Virus record (IMG/VR): IMGVR_UViG_3300045973_000169
Coordinates: 1 to 64,000 of that record
DNA: 64,000 nt
Strand: one strand, 5' to 3'
Part shown: piece by piece, positions 1 through 10,414 of the stretch
Position numbering within the stretch: the first letter of the stretch is position 1
How the letters are laid out: every line of letters begins with the position of its first letter
Program-made: the position numbers and the translations under genes
The notes under the pieces: generated by a model
The model's input: the letters and a program-made list of their open reading frames with translations, nothing else
Databases searched by the model: none
What the model was told of the DNA's origin: nothing

Positions 1-1031
1 GGAGATACACCTAACCCAACCCATACTCTTGATTTAAAGTACTCAAGATAAGGTTGAACATCTAATGATTTTCCATTACTTCCTACAAATTCAATTGTAT
101 GTCTAGCATCTGTAGCGATACCACCATCTTGAACAATATGCTGCATATCGCTTTTAGCTCTATCTAATTCTGTAATAGATGAAGCATGATCAATGGTTCT
201 TGGAGTCTCTACTTTATAATGGATGATAGGGAATAAGTCTCTATAGATTAGAAGCTGGATATCTTCTTCTATCTTTCTTAGGGTTCTAATATCATCAATA
301 ACAGGAATAACATCTGGCATCCCAAGTATCATTCCATCTTCTTTAAATAAAGTAAAATGAATAACATCTTCTTTAGGGAAGACTCTCATTTGACCTTTTC
401 TATTAGTTTGTACCCAAGACTCAATCTCCCACTTCCATAGGACATGTCCATTAAATGTGTCTTTTACATATTTGAATCTAGGTTTAATAGTAGTAGGATG
501 AGCTAAGAAATATCCAACTACTGGATGCATCTCTTTCCCATCTTTCTTATAAGAGGAAGCGTATTCAAAGTCTTTATCTCTTACTTTGATTAGGAATGCA
601 TTAGAGCAAACTATAAGATAATAGAGTAATGTCTTAATGATATGATCTAATGATAGACCAGTCGCTAACATCATTACTAAAAATCTTTTATCAAAATATT
701 CTGTAACTTCATCATTCTCTGCATTTATACCAAAGCCTGATTTTGTAGCTAAAGCTAGTTTCTTCTGTGTAGCTTTAAGAAAGAATGACTCATACTTTAA
801 GAACTTAAATACGGCAACTAAGTCATATTCACCTTCTGAGAAATATGTTGAAATCGTTCCTGGAGCTTCAAAGAATCTTATTACAGGAGGTTTAATTGTT
901 TTTAAATTCTTTGTTACTTTTGATAGAAAAGCTGGACTATTAGATATTGCACCTTGAGTTGCATCCATTATCTTAATATAAGACTTAGCTTTATCTAATG
1001 TTTCATGAGATGGTTTAATAAGGAGGTCCAT
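1..1031 (-). CDS. Phage portal protein (runs off window start; not in ORF track)
   Basis: Manual translation from ATG at 1031 (TAATG overlap with the upstream gene): MDLLIKPSHE...VFPKEDVIHFTLFKEDGMILGMPDVIPVIDDIRTLRKIEE...FKSRVWVGLGVS. The 'F..EDVIHF...G.P' and 'GLGV' motifs are portal-like; same operon as the terminase. Confidence 0.75.
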   Translation of the reverse strand, partial: MDLLIKPSHETLDKAKSYIKIMDATQGAISNSPAFLSKVTKNLKTIKPPVIRFFEAPGTISTYFSEGEYDLVAVFKFLKYESFFLKATQKKLALATKSGFGINAENDEVTEYFDKRFLVMMLATGLSLDHIIKTLLYYLIVCSNAFLIKVRDKDFEYASSYKKDGKEMHPVVGYFLAHPTTIKPRFKYVKDTFNGHVLWKWEIESWVQTNRKGQMRVFPKEDVIHFTLFKEDGMILGMPDVIPVIDDIRTLRKIEEDIQLLIYRDLFPIIHYKVETPRTIDHASSITELDRAKSDMQHIVQDGGIATDARHTIEFVGSNGKSLDVQPYLEYFKSRVWVGLGVS

Positions 1032-2506
1032 TAATTATTGTCTCCACAATTTCTCTTTACGGTATTGACTATTTTTATCTGGTTATTGTTATTATAAATA
1101 CTATAATTGCTATCGAGTAGATCGTTTAGTGCTCCGCCTTTTATTAGATCAACTATCTTTTTAGGTGTATCACCTAAATCATAGACTGAAATGATATGGT
1201 CTGGAGTTACATATGTTAGTCCTTTGTTATTAAGTACAATCTTATTTGCTATATCCTCTATATTATTTGAGATGATAGGAATATCACCAGATATAATGCT
1301 AGGGATAGTTGTAGATGTATTATATAATGTATCTAAGTTCCCAATATCACTAGGTTTAAATTGGTCTGCTTGAGGAATACTATTAGGACCACATGGAGAA
1401 ATTCCACATGCTACTGCTATATCAAAGAAATGAGCGGCTATATATTCTAATGTATTTACAAAAGCTTGTATTTCAAGGCCAAAAGCTGATTGTAAATTAA
1501 ACTGTTGGAACTTAAGATTGAAATCTGCATCTCCTACCATTAGTTTAGTAAGCATCTCTAATAGTCTACTCTTAAATGTTTTTATTGTAGAGATAAGCAT
1601 CTGTTGTAGTTTAACAGCCATAGTCCCAAAACATATAGATGGAGTTATAGATGTAATCATATCTTCAATTGGTTTAATTAACTTAGATAGTCCTTCATCT
1701 GCTGCTTGCATTGCTATTGATTCCATCATAAACAATACATGTCTTGCAAAATCCCATAAGCTTTTACCCTCAATATCAGGCATCATAAACTTAAAGTTTA
1801 AACCTAATTTAAGGGCATTGGTGATAATCTTTATTTTATCTAATATGAATGCTGGGGCTGCTAACATTGTAGCTGCAGAAGAGAGAATAGAGCTAGTATC
1901 TTTGGCTGTTCCATTACCAGAGAATAGATTATTTGCAGATGCAGATATATTATCTAAGCTAGCTGCTACTCCACCTATTGCAGTTATTGTTTGGTTAACT
2001 GCTGTAACTCCACTCTTGATTGCTTGTGAGGCATTATTTATTTGTTGTATTGCATTATAGAGTTCATTTCTTGTACTGCAAGATAATGTACTAAGTAAGA
2101 AACAAAATACAGTACATAGAATATCAGTAGCTTTTATATTGAATGCTTGTAATAGGAAAGCAGACTTGATAGACTTATCTATCTCTTCTCCCATTTTATC
2201 AATAGACTTCAATGCTAATGTAGTAGGAGCTAAGTATTGACTTATGTTAATCTGTTTGTCTAAATTACTAACACCACTAGCTACTGAATTATATAACCCA
2301 GTAGATGACTTATCTGTTATACCAATACTAGTCCCATTAATATTTAATAGTTTAGACCCAGGTAAAGATATATCTCCTAGTAGTTTTGAATAACTATCTT
2401 TTTTAGTAAAGTTCTCTATTGAACTATCTATAGCAGATAGACCTGATACATTACCGATGTTCTTAAGTTGATTGCCTATTGCCTGTCCTGGATTTATATC
2501 AGTCAT
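1031..2506 (-). CDS. Hypothetical virion-associated protein (491 aa)
   Basis: Long ORF coupled between portal and terminase; Ser/Ala/Asn-rich helical N-terminal half. Confidence 0.5.
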   Translation of the reverse strand: MTDINPGQAIGNQLKNIGNVSGLSAIDSSIENFTKKDSYSKLLGDISLPGSKLLNINGTSIGITDKSSTGLYNSVASGVSNLDKQINISQYLAPTTLALKSIDKMGEEIDKSIKSAFLLQAFNIKATDILCTVFCFLLSTLSCSTRNELYNAIQQINNASQAIKSGVTAVNQTITAIGGVAASLDNISASANNLFSGNGTAKDTSSILSSAATMLAAPAFILDKIKIITNALKLGLNFKFMMPDIEGKSLWDFARHVLFMMESIAMQAADEGLSKLIKPIEDMITSITPSICFGTMAVKLQQMLISTIKTFKSRLLEMLTKLMVGDADFNLKFQQFNLQSAFGLEIQAFVNTLEYIAAHFFDIAVACGISPCGPNSIPQADQFKPSDIGNLDTLYNTSTTIPSIISGDIPIISNNIEDIANKIVLNNKGLTYVTPDHIISVYDLGDTPKKIVDLIKGGALNDLLDSNYSIYNNNNQIKIVNTVKRNCGDNN

Positions 2507-2688
2507 TATTTAGACTCTAACTCATAACTCTCTAGTGTATTTAACGAAGCATTAGTTCGTAATCTTAAAAGTTTTAATTGTGACCATTGCATTGCAAATA
2601 CTGCATTAGGATTAGTTATATCTTCAGAAAGTTTAGAGATATAAAAATCAACTATATTTTTTGCTGCATTAAATGATTGATCTAACAT
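2506..2688 (-). CDS. Hypothetical protein
   Basis: ORF with 1-nt overlaps at both ends (translational coupling). Confidence 0.6.
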   Translation of the reverse strand: MLDQSFNAAKNIVDFYISKLSEDITNPNAVFAMQWSQLKLLRLRTNASLNTLESYELESK

Positions 2689-3065
2689 TATATTCCATAT
2701 CCAATATTGTTAATAGCACTTCCCTGTTTGACTAATACTCCGTCGATTGGGCCTTCTTTAGGCTTCAACATTGTTTGTTTAGATGGGACTATTGTATTAT
2801 AGTCTACATTCATATTATGGTCCATAAATGATTGCATAACGAAGATCTCTACTTCTTCTCTAGTAGGATAGTCCTTATGCATATAAGGGAATACTAAATC
2901 GTATGTACCTTCATTCTGAACTGAGTCTAATGCCTTCTGTGGTATTTTAGACATATTAGCAGTTACATTAGCTCCTAATCTTTGTAATTGAGCAGCAGAC
3001 ATAACAGCACTAGTATAATCAATCATTAGCAACTCCTGTAAGCCCGATGAGAGCCATATCTTCAT
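2688..3065 (-). CDS. Hypothetical protein (start probably near 3026)
   Basis: ORF in the packed late operon. Confidence 0.55.
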   Translation of the reverse strand: MKIWLSSGLQELLMIDYTSAVMSAAQLQRLGANVTANMSKIPQKALDSVQNEGTYDLVFPYMHKDYPTREEVEIFVMQSFMDHNMNVDYNTIVPSKQTMLKPKEGPIDGVLVKQGSAINNIGYGI

Positions 3066-3408
3066 AACCCTTAACGACTAACTCAACTGCCTTTTTAAAT
3101 AGATCAAAGTCTACTATATTACCTGAGCTTCCAATAAAGCTAATATCTTTTATTAGATCTTCTCTGTTAGTTATATACTGTGGATTTCCAGCAAGTTTAT
3201 TGGCTCCATCAAGTAAATAATCAATAGCAGCAACCCTATCTCTGAAATCTTGTACTGACGATAGATGCTGTAATAGTTTATTAGCTATAGACTCATTTAT
3301 TAAATCACTATCAGTAAATTCATTTGCTTTATTAAGTTGACTAGCAGTAGCCCCATTCTCTATATTAGCAGGAGTATACTTTAAATTTAATCTATCAAAT
3401 TGATCCAT
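3019..3408 (-). CDS. Hypothetical protein (MDQFDRL...)
   Basis: The ATG at 3408 overlaps the stop of the upstream gene. Confidence 0.6.
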   Translation of the reverse strand: MDQFDRLNLKYTPANIENGATASQLNKANEFTDSDLINESIANKLLQHLSSVQDFRDRVAAIDYLLDGANKLAGNPQYITNREDLIKDISFIGSSGNIVDFDLFKKAVELVVKGYEDMALIGLTGVAND

Positions 3409-4031
3409 TAAATAGTTGTCTCCATAGAATATGATACATCTATAAAATAATCTCTTATAGTATATAGCGAAGGAACATCCTTCCATACCATTCTCATTCT
3501 AATAGGGATGTAAGATGTATCTGCCATTCCCGAGGTACCTATAGATGGAATAGCTATAATAGATGATTTTGATTCCCATTCAGAGAAAGATAGTTCATCA
3601 TATCCATAACTAAGTTTAACACTAACCTTGCCATCATCTTCTACAGGAATATACGTTGTCATATATTGGTCAGTTAAAGGAAGACTCCCAGTAGCAGATT
3701 GGCTAAAAAGAAAAGCTGGTTCAACTTTAATATCATTTATTCCGTTTAAAGAGAAAGTAACATCTCTTCCAAGATTAGAGAAGTTAATATTACCAGTAGT
3801 TAAAGCTGGTGTCCCTTCTCCTTCCTTCATTAAACAGATAACTATATTAGAATAGTATTGCTCTTGAGAATCATTCCTAAGATAGATGACTGTTTCCATT
3901 ATATTCTCAGATCCAGTTGTATCAAAAACAAATGGAATGATTACAGGATTAGTATATACACTACTCTTGCTTATAGGAGCATCATACATCTTATTACTTA
4001 ATGGAATTAATTCCTGGTACATTGTTATCAT
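3408..4031 (-). CDS. Hypothetical beta-rich virion protein
   Basis: 207-aa ORF immediately downstream of the terminase. Confidence 0.55.
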   Translation of the reverse strand: MITMYQELIPLSNKMYDAPISKSSVYTNPVIIPFVFDTTGSENIMETVIYLRNDSQEQYYSNIVICLMKEGEGTPALTTGNINFSNLGRDVTFSLNGINDIKVEPAFLFSQSATGSLPLTDQYMTTYIPVEDDGKVSVKLSYGYDELSFSEWESKSSIIAIPSIGTSGMADTSYIPIRMRMVWKDVPSLYTIRDYFIDVSYSMETTI

Positions 4032-4038
4032 TGGACCC

Positions 4039-5892
4039 TCAATTATCTATAGATCGAGAAATTATAGTTCTATTTCTTCGTTTCATTATAGCCTGTAATG
4101 ATGCACTGTTCCTTGCCGTTCCTTTATTATCAAAGGTTCTCGACACAAAAGCTAAACTATCTTCAGTTGGTTCTTTCCATGCTTTACTATCTAAGTGTAT
4201 CGGTTCAGGACTATTGTCTGTTAATAAAACTATACTAGACCCATTAGGCACTTTAAAATCTACATCTTTTTCATCTCTAGGTGATAATAATTCCTTCCCA
4301 TCGAAAGGGACTGAATACAAGAATATCTGTTTAAATAATTCAGAATAGTGCTTTATGATACCATAGACCGCTAACATCATAGCATCCATTGCATGATCTT
4401 CTATGTCACTATTCTTTTCAAAGCCATATTTCTCTACACCTTTATCTGTTATAGCAAGTAATTTATAATTTTCTAATGACTTAGTTAACTGTTCATCAGC
4501 CTTAGAATACATAATAGGGACTTGATCAAAGTCAGGTTCGAATAGTTTAGACACTTGTGATACTATAAATGATTTACATGTTTTCTTTATTATCTCTTTA
4601 GTAAATGGATCTTCAATCTCTAACCAAGAACCAAAATTAACTGGTTCAAGGATATGCTTAACCATTTGGTCTGGATGATTCCCAGGAAGGTTAGATGGTA
4701 ATTCATAGGTAGACCAGAACTTTAATTCTTCATTTGTCCCATGCCCGTAACCAAAATCGGTCATCCAATGCTTACATAACCATTTTCTATTTAATGCTTT
4801 AAAAGTATCTTTAGCAACTTGTTGATTCCATACAGCGGATGATACTACTTGCTTATCTACTAATTTAATTTTATATGTCTCAGGATTAAAGGCTGCTATA
4901 TAGAAGTAAGTCCCAACATTAGGTCCATTCCAGTCAACACCACCAAAATATAACCAACCTGGCTCTCTTCTACAATCCTCATATTCATATTCAAACTGAG
5001 CTAAATCTATACCTTTATAGTTAAATGGTCCCCCAGAAGCGTCTGGGAACTCAGCTAAACATTCTTGAATAAAGCCAGTAGCTCCTAATATCTTCTTGAA
5101 CCTATCTATTTGTGATTTAATTTCATCTACTTCTGTAATAGATACATGATATTCATTAAATGCAGGATCTAACTTACATGAATCATAGAACATATTTCCT
5201 CTACCTTTTGGGGTAGAAGTCATAAAGATAGTAGCTTCATCACCTCTAGCTAGAATAGTACCCATAATAGAGGATAGTTCTTCTGCTGGAATAATAGCTG
5301 CTTCATCCATATAGATAACATCTGCAGTCTGAGATCTAGCTCCAGGGCCTGCAATCATTAATATGATCTTTGATCCATTATCTAACTTAATATTGTAATA
5401 AGGACTCTGTGAGAAGTTCTTACCAATAGACTCTTTAACTTCGGCATTCTTAAAGTACCAATCCCTAAAGATATATTCGTCCCATATCTTCTTAATTTGA
5501 GATTCACGAGGAGTTACAACTAATACTGTCTTATCATCATTAGTAGCTATGTACTGGAATATCTTATACATAAACATAAGAGTCTTACCAGTTTGCCTAC
5601 ATTGACGTCCTACTAAGTTTCTAGATGTACAATATAAGATTCTAGACTGATACCATCTTACTTTAGAACCATAGATATACTCAAAATAATAAACAGGATC
5701 GAACATCATTCTTGCTGTATGTTCATCTGTCCCTTCTCTAAGAGCAGCTTTAACATCATCTTCTACTGTAATTCCATCACACTGACATTCAAACCTACCA
5801 TATTTAATAATATTACGTTTAATGCAAGCTTTACATATATCATTTCTGAACTTCTTGTGATTAGTGTTTATCATAAATCCTTTATCGTCCAA
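4039..5892 (-). CDS. terL: Terminase large subunit
   Basis: YQ motif (RWYQ), Walker A CRQTGKT, Walker B IYMDEAA, coupling motif MTSTP, nuclease GVDW and EDHAMDA. Confidence 0.93.
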   Translation of the reverse strand: MDDKGFMINTNHKKFRNDICKACIKRNIIKYGRFECQCDGITVEDDVKAALREGTDEHTARMMFDPVYYFEYIYGSKVRWYQSRILYCTSRNLVGRQCRQTGKTLMFMYKIFQYIATNDDKTVLVVTPRESQIKKIWDEYIFRDWYFKNAEVKESIGKNFSQSPYYNIKLDNGSKIILMIAGPGARSQTADVIYMDEAAIIPAEELSSIMGTILARGDEATIFMTSTPKGRGNMFYDSCKLDPAFNEYHVSITEVDEIKSQIDRFKKILGATGFIQECLAEFPDASGGPFNYKGIDLAQFEYEYEDCRREPGWLYFGGVDWNGPNVGTYFYIAAFNPETYKIKLVDKQVVSSAVWNQQVAKDTFKALNRKWLCKHWMTDFGYGHGTNEELKFWSTYELPSNLPGNHPDQMVKHILEPVNFGSWLEIEDPFTKEIIKKTCKSFIVSQVSKLFEPDFDQVPIMYSKADEQLTKSLENYKLLAITDKGVEKYGFEKNSDIEDHAMDAMMLAVYGIIKHYSELFKQIFLYSVPFDGKELLSPRDEKDVDFKVPNGSSIVLLTDNSPEPIHLDSKAWKEPTEDSLAFVSRTFDNKGTARNSASLQAIMKRRNRTIISRSIDN

Positions 5893-6250
5893 GTCCTGCT
5901 GCTACTTCTAAAGCTTTAGCCCATACACCAGCAGACTTTTTTACTGTAAAGTTAAATGCTGCTCTACCTTCCATCTGTGCTCTACTTGCAAGGTTAGATG
6001 CTACATTCCCAAATCCTTCAAATGAACTACCATCTAATCCAAAACTTGGTGTTTGGACATTAATTGATCCATGAAACATACTCTGATCGAATATGCCTCT
6101 ACCACCAGTTCTTACCATATATTTAATAGGTTCTTCAACAGATTCAAATGCAGCACGAGAAGCGACACTGCCAGAGACTGGAAGACCATTAGACTGGTCA
6201 TCATCACCTTGGTATGCTTGGTATTGCTGTACATTATCCATTGGTATCAT
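5882..6250 (-). CDS. Hypothetical Gly/Ala-rich protein
   Basis: ORF in the late operon. Confidence 0.55.
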   Translation of the reverse strand: MIPMDNVQQYQAYQGDDDQSNGLPVSGSVASRAAFESVEEPIKYMVRTGGRGIFDQSMFHGSINVQTPSFGLDGSSFEGFGNVASNLASRAQMEGRAAFNFTVKKSAGVWAKALEVAAGLGR

Positions 6251-6582
6251 TTTACTACTTCCTGTGAATATGGTTCACCTACTGCATTTGTACAATGATC
6301 TGGATCTAGCATATCTAAGCATTTACATACGAACTTAGCTAACCAATTCATTGATTGATATCTACCAATTCTAGAACTAATCGTCTCTCTTGAATCTCCA
6401 CCAGCCATTGCATTAACTGCTCTATCAATAGCAAGGAAGTTATTTACTAGATATTGTTTAACAGCTTTATTCCCAAAGAAGATAACTGGGCCAAAACATA
6501 ATGCACATATAATAAACTTAGTTAATTCCATTAAGAATAAAGGAATCTGTAGTATCATTACTATTAGTAAAAAAATATTCAT
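6247..6582 (-). CDS. Phage membrane protein (D..VNA..GGD.RETISSR.G...LD..DPDHC type)
   Basis: N-terminal hydrophobic helices; the ETISSR...DPDHC motif is familiar from phage proteins; GGAG SD. Confidence 0.6.
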   Translation of the reverse strand: MNIFLLIVMILQIPLFLMELTKFIICALCFGPVIFFGNKAVKQYLVNNFLAIDRAVNAMAGGDSRETISSRIGRYQSMNWLAKFVCKCLDMLDPDHCTNAVGEPYSQEVVK

Positions 6583-6593
6583 TTTAATTCTCC

Positions 6594-7412
6594 TTAATTA
6601 ATCGGACGTGTTAGGTGAGATTCGCCTGTCCCAGCCCAAGTAGAAGCGCCAACAGCGCCAAACATTAATGCTTTACCTTTTCTATTATTTACAAAACTAT
6701 TTACATTCTGAAGGAACTCATTACCTTTATATGCTTGGTTCCCAGCCATTCTACCTAATCCACTATGAGCCATACCCATAGCTGCACCCATTACTGCTCC
6801 TTTTAATATAGGAGCAACCATACCTTGGTATTCAAAGTTGTTAGGGAATGCGGTCTGCAGAGCTAGATTAGTTGCTGCTCCAGCTACACCGAATCCAGCT
6901 GCAGCACCCATAAGTCTCATACCAGGACCACCTTTAAAGTCCATTATTGCACCACTGAAGAATGTATGAGCAGCATTAGCCCATTTATTTCCAGAAACAG
7001 CAGTTTCAACTGGTTTCGCTCCTATAGATGCATTTGCTCCTGAATGATCACTACCAAATGACTCAGAGTTTAATACTCTTGTTTCTGTTGCGTGGGGTAG
7101 GACTTCAGGGTTAAATGCTCCTTGTGAAGGACCGGCCATTTTTCTTCCTGGGATTGCATCTCCAAACTTGGAAGCCATAGGGTCCCAATCTCCTGGGACT
7201 ATTTTTGGGGCTCCACTATTTGAATGGAATCCTGGTGCAGAATACCCAGGTTTAACTGCTCTTAGATTAGATTGTGGAGTAGAAATATCTTTTATTATAT
7301 TTCTTATCCCATCCTGTACTGCTCCTCTACGAGAATTCATTAAATGGGCTTCTTCAAGCATTGCCATTCCTGCTTTTTTGCCCATACCTAACATACTATT
7401 CCACTTAGCCAT
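6594..7412 (-). CDS. Gly/Ala/Met-rich protein, possible internal/ejected virion protein
   Basis: Glycine-zipper-like hydrophobic segments; GGAGGA SD. Confidence 0.5.
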   Translation of the reverse strand: MAKWNSMLGMGKKAGMAMLEEAHLMNSRRGAVQDGIRNIIKDISTPQSNLRAVKPGYSAPGFHSNSGAPKIVPGDWDPMASKFGDAIPGRKMAGPSQGAFNPEVLPHATETRVLNSESFGSDHSGANASIGAKPVETAVSGNKWANAAHTFFSGAIMDFKGGPGMRLMGAAAGFGVAGAATNLALQTAFPNNFEYQGMVAPILKGAVMGAAMGMAHSGLGRMAGNQAYKGNEFLQNVNSFVNNRKGKALMFGAVGASTWAGTGESHLTRPIN

Positions 7413-7423
7413 ATATCCTCCAA

Positions 7424-8137
7424 TTACCTTGAATGGTAAACTCTACTTAAACTTACTAACTTAGATTCATAATTATTCATTGCAGATCCTACTTGTTGAT
7501 AAGTAGATTGATCATACTTACCTGTATCAAAGAATCTATTATCATAATGAATTTGTCTCATCATTCTTTTAGATTCCCAAGCTTGATCCATTATATGTCC
7601 AGCAAAACCCATAGCTGAAGATGCAGCCATACTAGCCATTAAAGGAAGAGTCATTATTCCAATTCCTTTCATCATACCCATATTACGCATGAAACCTTTT
7701 GGAGCACCACTTCCTCCCATAAATGGACGTTTAGATATGAATCTAGATAAAGGATTCATATTCTTCTGGAATACTCCTTCAACTCCTTCTGCCATAATAG
7801 TAGCTCTTCTTGCTTCAGTCATTCCACTAAGCATATCATGAGTATAAGCTGTTCCTTTATGTGCTATAGCTTCAGCTCCATTATGTCTTAAACCAAAATA
7901 AGCAAGTGAACCAATACCATTTATAGCAAAGTCAGCACCTGCTCCAAGTAATCCACCACCAGCATAACCAGCATTCTGGAAAGTATTAGGGTCTAATCTA
8001 TTAGCATCATGTAGATAATTAAGACTACCATCTATTGCACTAGTAGCCATAGCTACACCTGATGCAACAGCAGAATAATTAGCTGCTCCAGAAGAAACAA
8101 ATATATCTTTTATTTGTTGAGCACCAGGTATTTTCAT
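7424..8137 (-). CDS. Gly/Ala/Met-rich protein, possible internal/ejected virion protein
   Basis: Composition similar to the neighbouring gene. Confidence 0.5.
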   Translation of the reverse strand: MKIPGAQQIKDIFVSSGAANYSAVASGVAMATSAIDGSLNYLHDANRLDPNTFQNAGYAGGGLLGAGADFAINGIGSLAYFGLRHNGAEAIAHKGTAYTHDMLSGMTEARRATIMAEGVEGVFQKNMNPLSRFISKRPFMGGSGAPKGFMRNMGMMKGIGIMTLPLMASMAASSAMGFAGHIMDQAWESKRMMRQIHYDNRFFDTGKYDQSTYQQVGSAMNNYESKLVSLSRVYHSR

Positions 8138-8140
8138 AGG

Positions 8141-8854
8141 CTATCCTCTTTCTAATAGTTCAGTAAATTTATTGAATTGCTCTACTGTATTATTTCTATT
8201 CCCAAACTGATGATGAAAATTTTTATGACACCTATCACATAAAGTAATGCCATTAGATAATAAAATTCTTTTATCTGGATTGTCAGTATATCCATCTAAA
8301 TGATGTGCATTTAAGTTTCCACCACTTTTATCTTTACAAATCTGGCAAGAATATCCGTCTCTTTCATAAACTGCCTTTCGCCACTCTGTGTATTCTGGAT
8401 ATTTTCTACCTATGACTCTATCTTCTATTGTCAAACTTGGGTTATAGTTAGGATTATTCTTTCCAAGAAAATTCTCTCTATTCAAACACCCACATGACTT
8501 AGTATTCCCAATCTTTAAACTATATCCCTCAACTTCAGTTTCATTCCCACATTCACATTTGCACAACCAGTATGTTTTTCTATTTACAGATTTCCCTTTT
8601 CTTATAACTGTAAGTCTATTAAACTTCTCTCCAGAAATATCTTTTATCTTTCTTTTGAAGTTCGTTTTCCTTTTACATCCGCATGATTTAGTAGTTCCAT
8701 TTGTTAATCTATATGAAACAACAAAAGAGATTTTTCCACAGTCACATGAGCATTCCCATACTACATTTTCTTCATCTTTTGTCTTCCCATGAATTTTATT
8801 TGCTATTAAGAATCCAAATCTTTGTGCTGTTAGGTCTTTTGCTCTTTTATACAT
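8141..8854 (-). CDS. HNH homing endonuclease with two N-terminal WxCxCxCG...SCGC repeats
   Basis: Repeats WECSCDCG..KSCGC and WLCKCECG..KSCGC; C-terminal RDGYSCQIC...AHH...NGITLCDRCH. Confidence 0.88.
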   Translation of the reverse strand: MYKRAKDLTAQRFGFLIANKIHGKTKDEENVVWECSCDCGKISFVVSYRLTNGTTKSCGCKRKTNFKRKIKDISGEKFNRLTVIRKGKSVNRKTYWLCKCECGNETEVEGYSLKIGNTKSCGCLNRENFLGKNNPNYNPSLTIEDRVIGRKYPEYTEWRKAVYERDGYSCQICKDKSGGNLNAHHLDGYTDNPDKRILLSNGITLCDRCHKNFHHQFGNRNNTVEQFNKFTELLERG

Positions 8855-9154
8855 TTAACAACTCAGTAACTGTAATAGGGATTATTTCATTCTCTATATT
8901 TAATAATGTATAAAGTTCATCAATTGAGTCCATTAGTTCAGATTGGTCTCTTGTAAAGTACATTTCTACTAGAGGATATGCTTTTGACATATCCTCTATA
9001 TAGTTAGCAGCATTAAAATTCTCAGGAGTTTCCATCTTTATCCTTTGGTTCTTTGGTATCACAAGTATCAAGAATCTGGACTTTCTTCTTAAATGGCATC
9101 TTTGTATAATCTAAATCCATCTTTTCTACTATATCTTTAGAGATTATCATACTA

Positions 9155-9328
9155 TCACTTCTGCATGATTGATGTAATAGCTAGAACAGCATCACCTAAT
9201 TTAGTCATGCCTTCCTCTACATCTTTAAAGCCATTTTGGATCTTAGGTAAAACTCCCAAGAATAGATATAAAAGAACCCCTACGTTTATTAAAGATAAAA
9301 CTAAAGCTATGATTGTCATTGTTTGCAT
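9155..9328 (-). CDS. Small single-TM membrane protein (57 aa; not in ORF track)
   Basis: MQTMTIIALVLSLINVGVLLYLFLGVLPKIQNGF...; GGAG SD upstream. Confidence 0.55.
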   Translation of the reverse strand: MQTMTIIALVLSLINVGVLLYLFLGVLPKIQNGFKDVEEGMTKLGDAVLAITSIMQK

Positions 9329-9337
9329 TTAATGCTC

Positions 9338-10411
9338 CTATAAATATTGTGATTTTAATCTTTCTATACTAGTTTGACAAACATCAAACCTACCACTACC
9401 CCAATGTGTCAGCATCACTATACAGCGATTGTAAGCGTTTGCACCACCATCTGCATAGTCATCTGTATGTTCACTAAATAAACCGCACAGGAGGACCTGC
9501 TGGACGTCATCAGCACCATGTCTGTAATAGCTCATAGTCTCAAATCTATGGTGATGTCCAACTACTACAGATTTAGCAGTTAGAGATGCAATTGTATTCA
9601 TGATACTCTTCCCTGATACAGGAGAATTAGCAGCATTCATGATTGCATGTGTGAATAAAGTCCCTTGAATAGTTAAGAACTTTCTGTATGGAACATAAGT
9701 AAGACCTAGTTCATCTAACCTTAGATCATCAGCTATATCCATATGCCCTCTTAGTTGCGGGTGAGACTCGATATACTTCTCAATACGACCTTCATCGTGG
9801 TTACCACCAAGAAAATACATACTAGGTTTGTAATCTTTATCCAACTCAGCCAAGAAAATAAGCAAAGCTTGACGACAAACCTTAATATCATCCTTATACT
9901 TTTTACCATGACTTCCTTCTTTACCTGCATCCCAAGCAGAAAGGCTATCTAAATTCCCAAAATCTCCCATAAATACAATATTATTAGGTCTATTTATATT
10001 AGTGTAAATACCTAAAGCTTTGAATCTTTTAAGATCTTGACCAGGAGCAACATGTGAATCTGGTACAACTAAGGTAGTTTCAAACTTATTCTCAACTACT
10101 TTAACAAAAGGCTTAATTATTTCTCCGTTTTGGATATTGTAATGGATTTCTCCGTGTGGTGCTGATGAACTATATGTAATAGTCTGAACAGGAGGAGTTG
10201 GGATTGTATCTCCTACTACTTGAATGAAATTTACTCTTACTTTACTCTCTGCTAATCTGTTTCTCTTATCTCTTATTGATTTATAGCTTCTGACATAACC
10301 TGCTTTAGCGAAAATGGCGACTAATTTTTCTAATTTAACATCTATATGTAGTTTTAAAAGATCTAATTCTGCTTGTTTCCATGTATTTACAACTTTTTCT
10401 TGTTTTTTCAA
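9338..10411 (-). CDS. Calcineurin-like metallophosphoesterase with N-terminal extension
   Basis: PDSH, MGDF, GGNHD, FTH and VGHHH motifs. Confidence 0.85.
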   Translation of the reverse strand: MKKQEKVVNTWKQAELDLLKLHIDVKLEKLVAIFAKAGYVRSYKSIRDKRNRLAESKVRVNFIQVVGDTIPTPPVQTITYSSSAPHGEIHYNIQNGEIIKPFVKVVENKFETTLVVPDSHVAPGQDLKRFKALGIYTNINRPNNIVFMGDFGNLDSLSAWDAGKEGSHGKKYKDDIKVCRQALLIFLAELDKDYKPSMYFLGGNHDEGRIEKYIESHPQLRGHMDIADDLRLDELGLTYVPYRKFLTIQGTLFTHAIMNAANSPVSGKSIMNTIASLTAKSVVVGHHHRFETMSYYRHGADDVQQVLLCGLFSEHTDDYADGGANAYNRCIVMLTHWGSGRFDVCQTSIERLKSQYL

Positions 10412-10414
10412 AAT

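Noticed and set aside
1191-2060. Plus-strand ORFs within the late operon
   Set aside because: Antisense shadows of the 491-aa minus-strand gene.
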